A DNA stretch of 64,000 nucleotides from Octopus vulgaris (lineage: Eukaryota). Location: contig OX597814.1 of NCBI GenBank assembly GCA_951406725.2, forward strand, positions 126,046,001 to 126,110,000. Direction: 5' to 3'. The notes below the pieces were generated by a model. The model was not told the DNA's origin. It was given only the letters and a program-made list of their open reading frames with translations, and ran no database searches. Within the stretch, counting starts at the first letter, position 1; every line of letters starts with the position of its first letter. Positions 63,691-64,000 of this stretch are shown in pieces. The translations under genes and the position numbers were made by a program.

Positions 63691-64000
63691 TTGGGTTGGT
63701 AAGAAAGTAATTTCGGTTTTTTAGTGTGAAATAAAAGTTATTTTCTTTTTCATACAAAGAATGAATTTTAATCAATTATATATTTTCCGTTTTGCTTGAT
63801 GACCTTTTGCCATCTTTCTAGCAACTTCATGATTCTGCGCCCATAGAACTTCTGATCCTTATCAGCCAAAAACTGAAACAAGCGTAATTTCAGGTCATCA
63901 TCATTATTGAAAGTTTTACCATTCAAAGAATTTTGCAAACTTCAAAGTAAATGGTGTTTTGATGGTGCAAGTTTAGGGCTACATGGTGGATGTGATATCA
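63691..64000 (-). mobile_element. mariner element 3' end (runs off the window)
   Basis: TA plus TIR ttgggttggtaagaaagtaatttcggtttt; minus strand HPPCSPKLAPSKHHLL*SLQNSLNGKTF...IMKLLERWQKVIKQNGKYII (YSPDLAPSD-like motif). Confidence 0.9.

Overview
AT-rich, CpG-depleted eukaryotic DNA that is intronic or intergenic and packed with microsatellites and transposon fossils. The SINE/LINE repertoire resembles a cephalopod (Octopus-like) genome; this is inferred from pattern recognition, not a database match. No intact protein-coding gene is visible, and almost all ORFs in the track are microsatellite or TE artefacts. Recognisable fossils include an R4/Dong-like LINE, CR1 and RTE LINE fragments, several tRNA-derived SINE families, mariner and maT (DD37D) Tc1/mariner elements, a near full-length decayed KIAA1586-like hAT transposase, and hAT and piggyBac MITEs with target-site duplications. 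The best find is four type I hammerhead ribozyme motifs in two distinct families (14379-14454 +, 39214-39289 +, 15854-15914 -, and truncated 49521-49570 -). They sit in short ORF-less elements, mostly next to (TA)n/(CATA)n tracts, and family B shows compensatory base changes in stem II. This points to Penelope-derived or retrozyme-like self-cleaving retroelements. Also present are a perfect 21-bp-stem hairpin, a pair of inverted complementary maT fragments, several degenerate minisatellites and one plausible 67-nt coding exon. Coordinates were read by eye and element boundaries are approximate.
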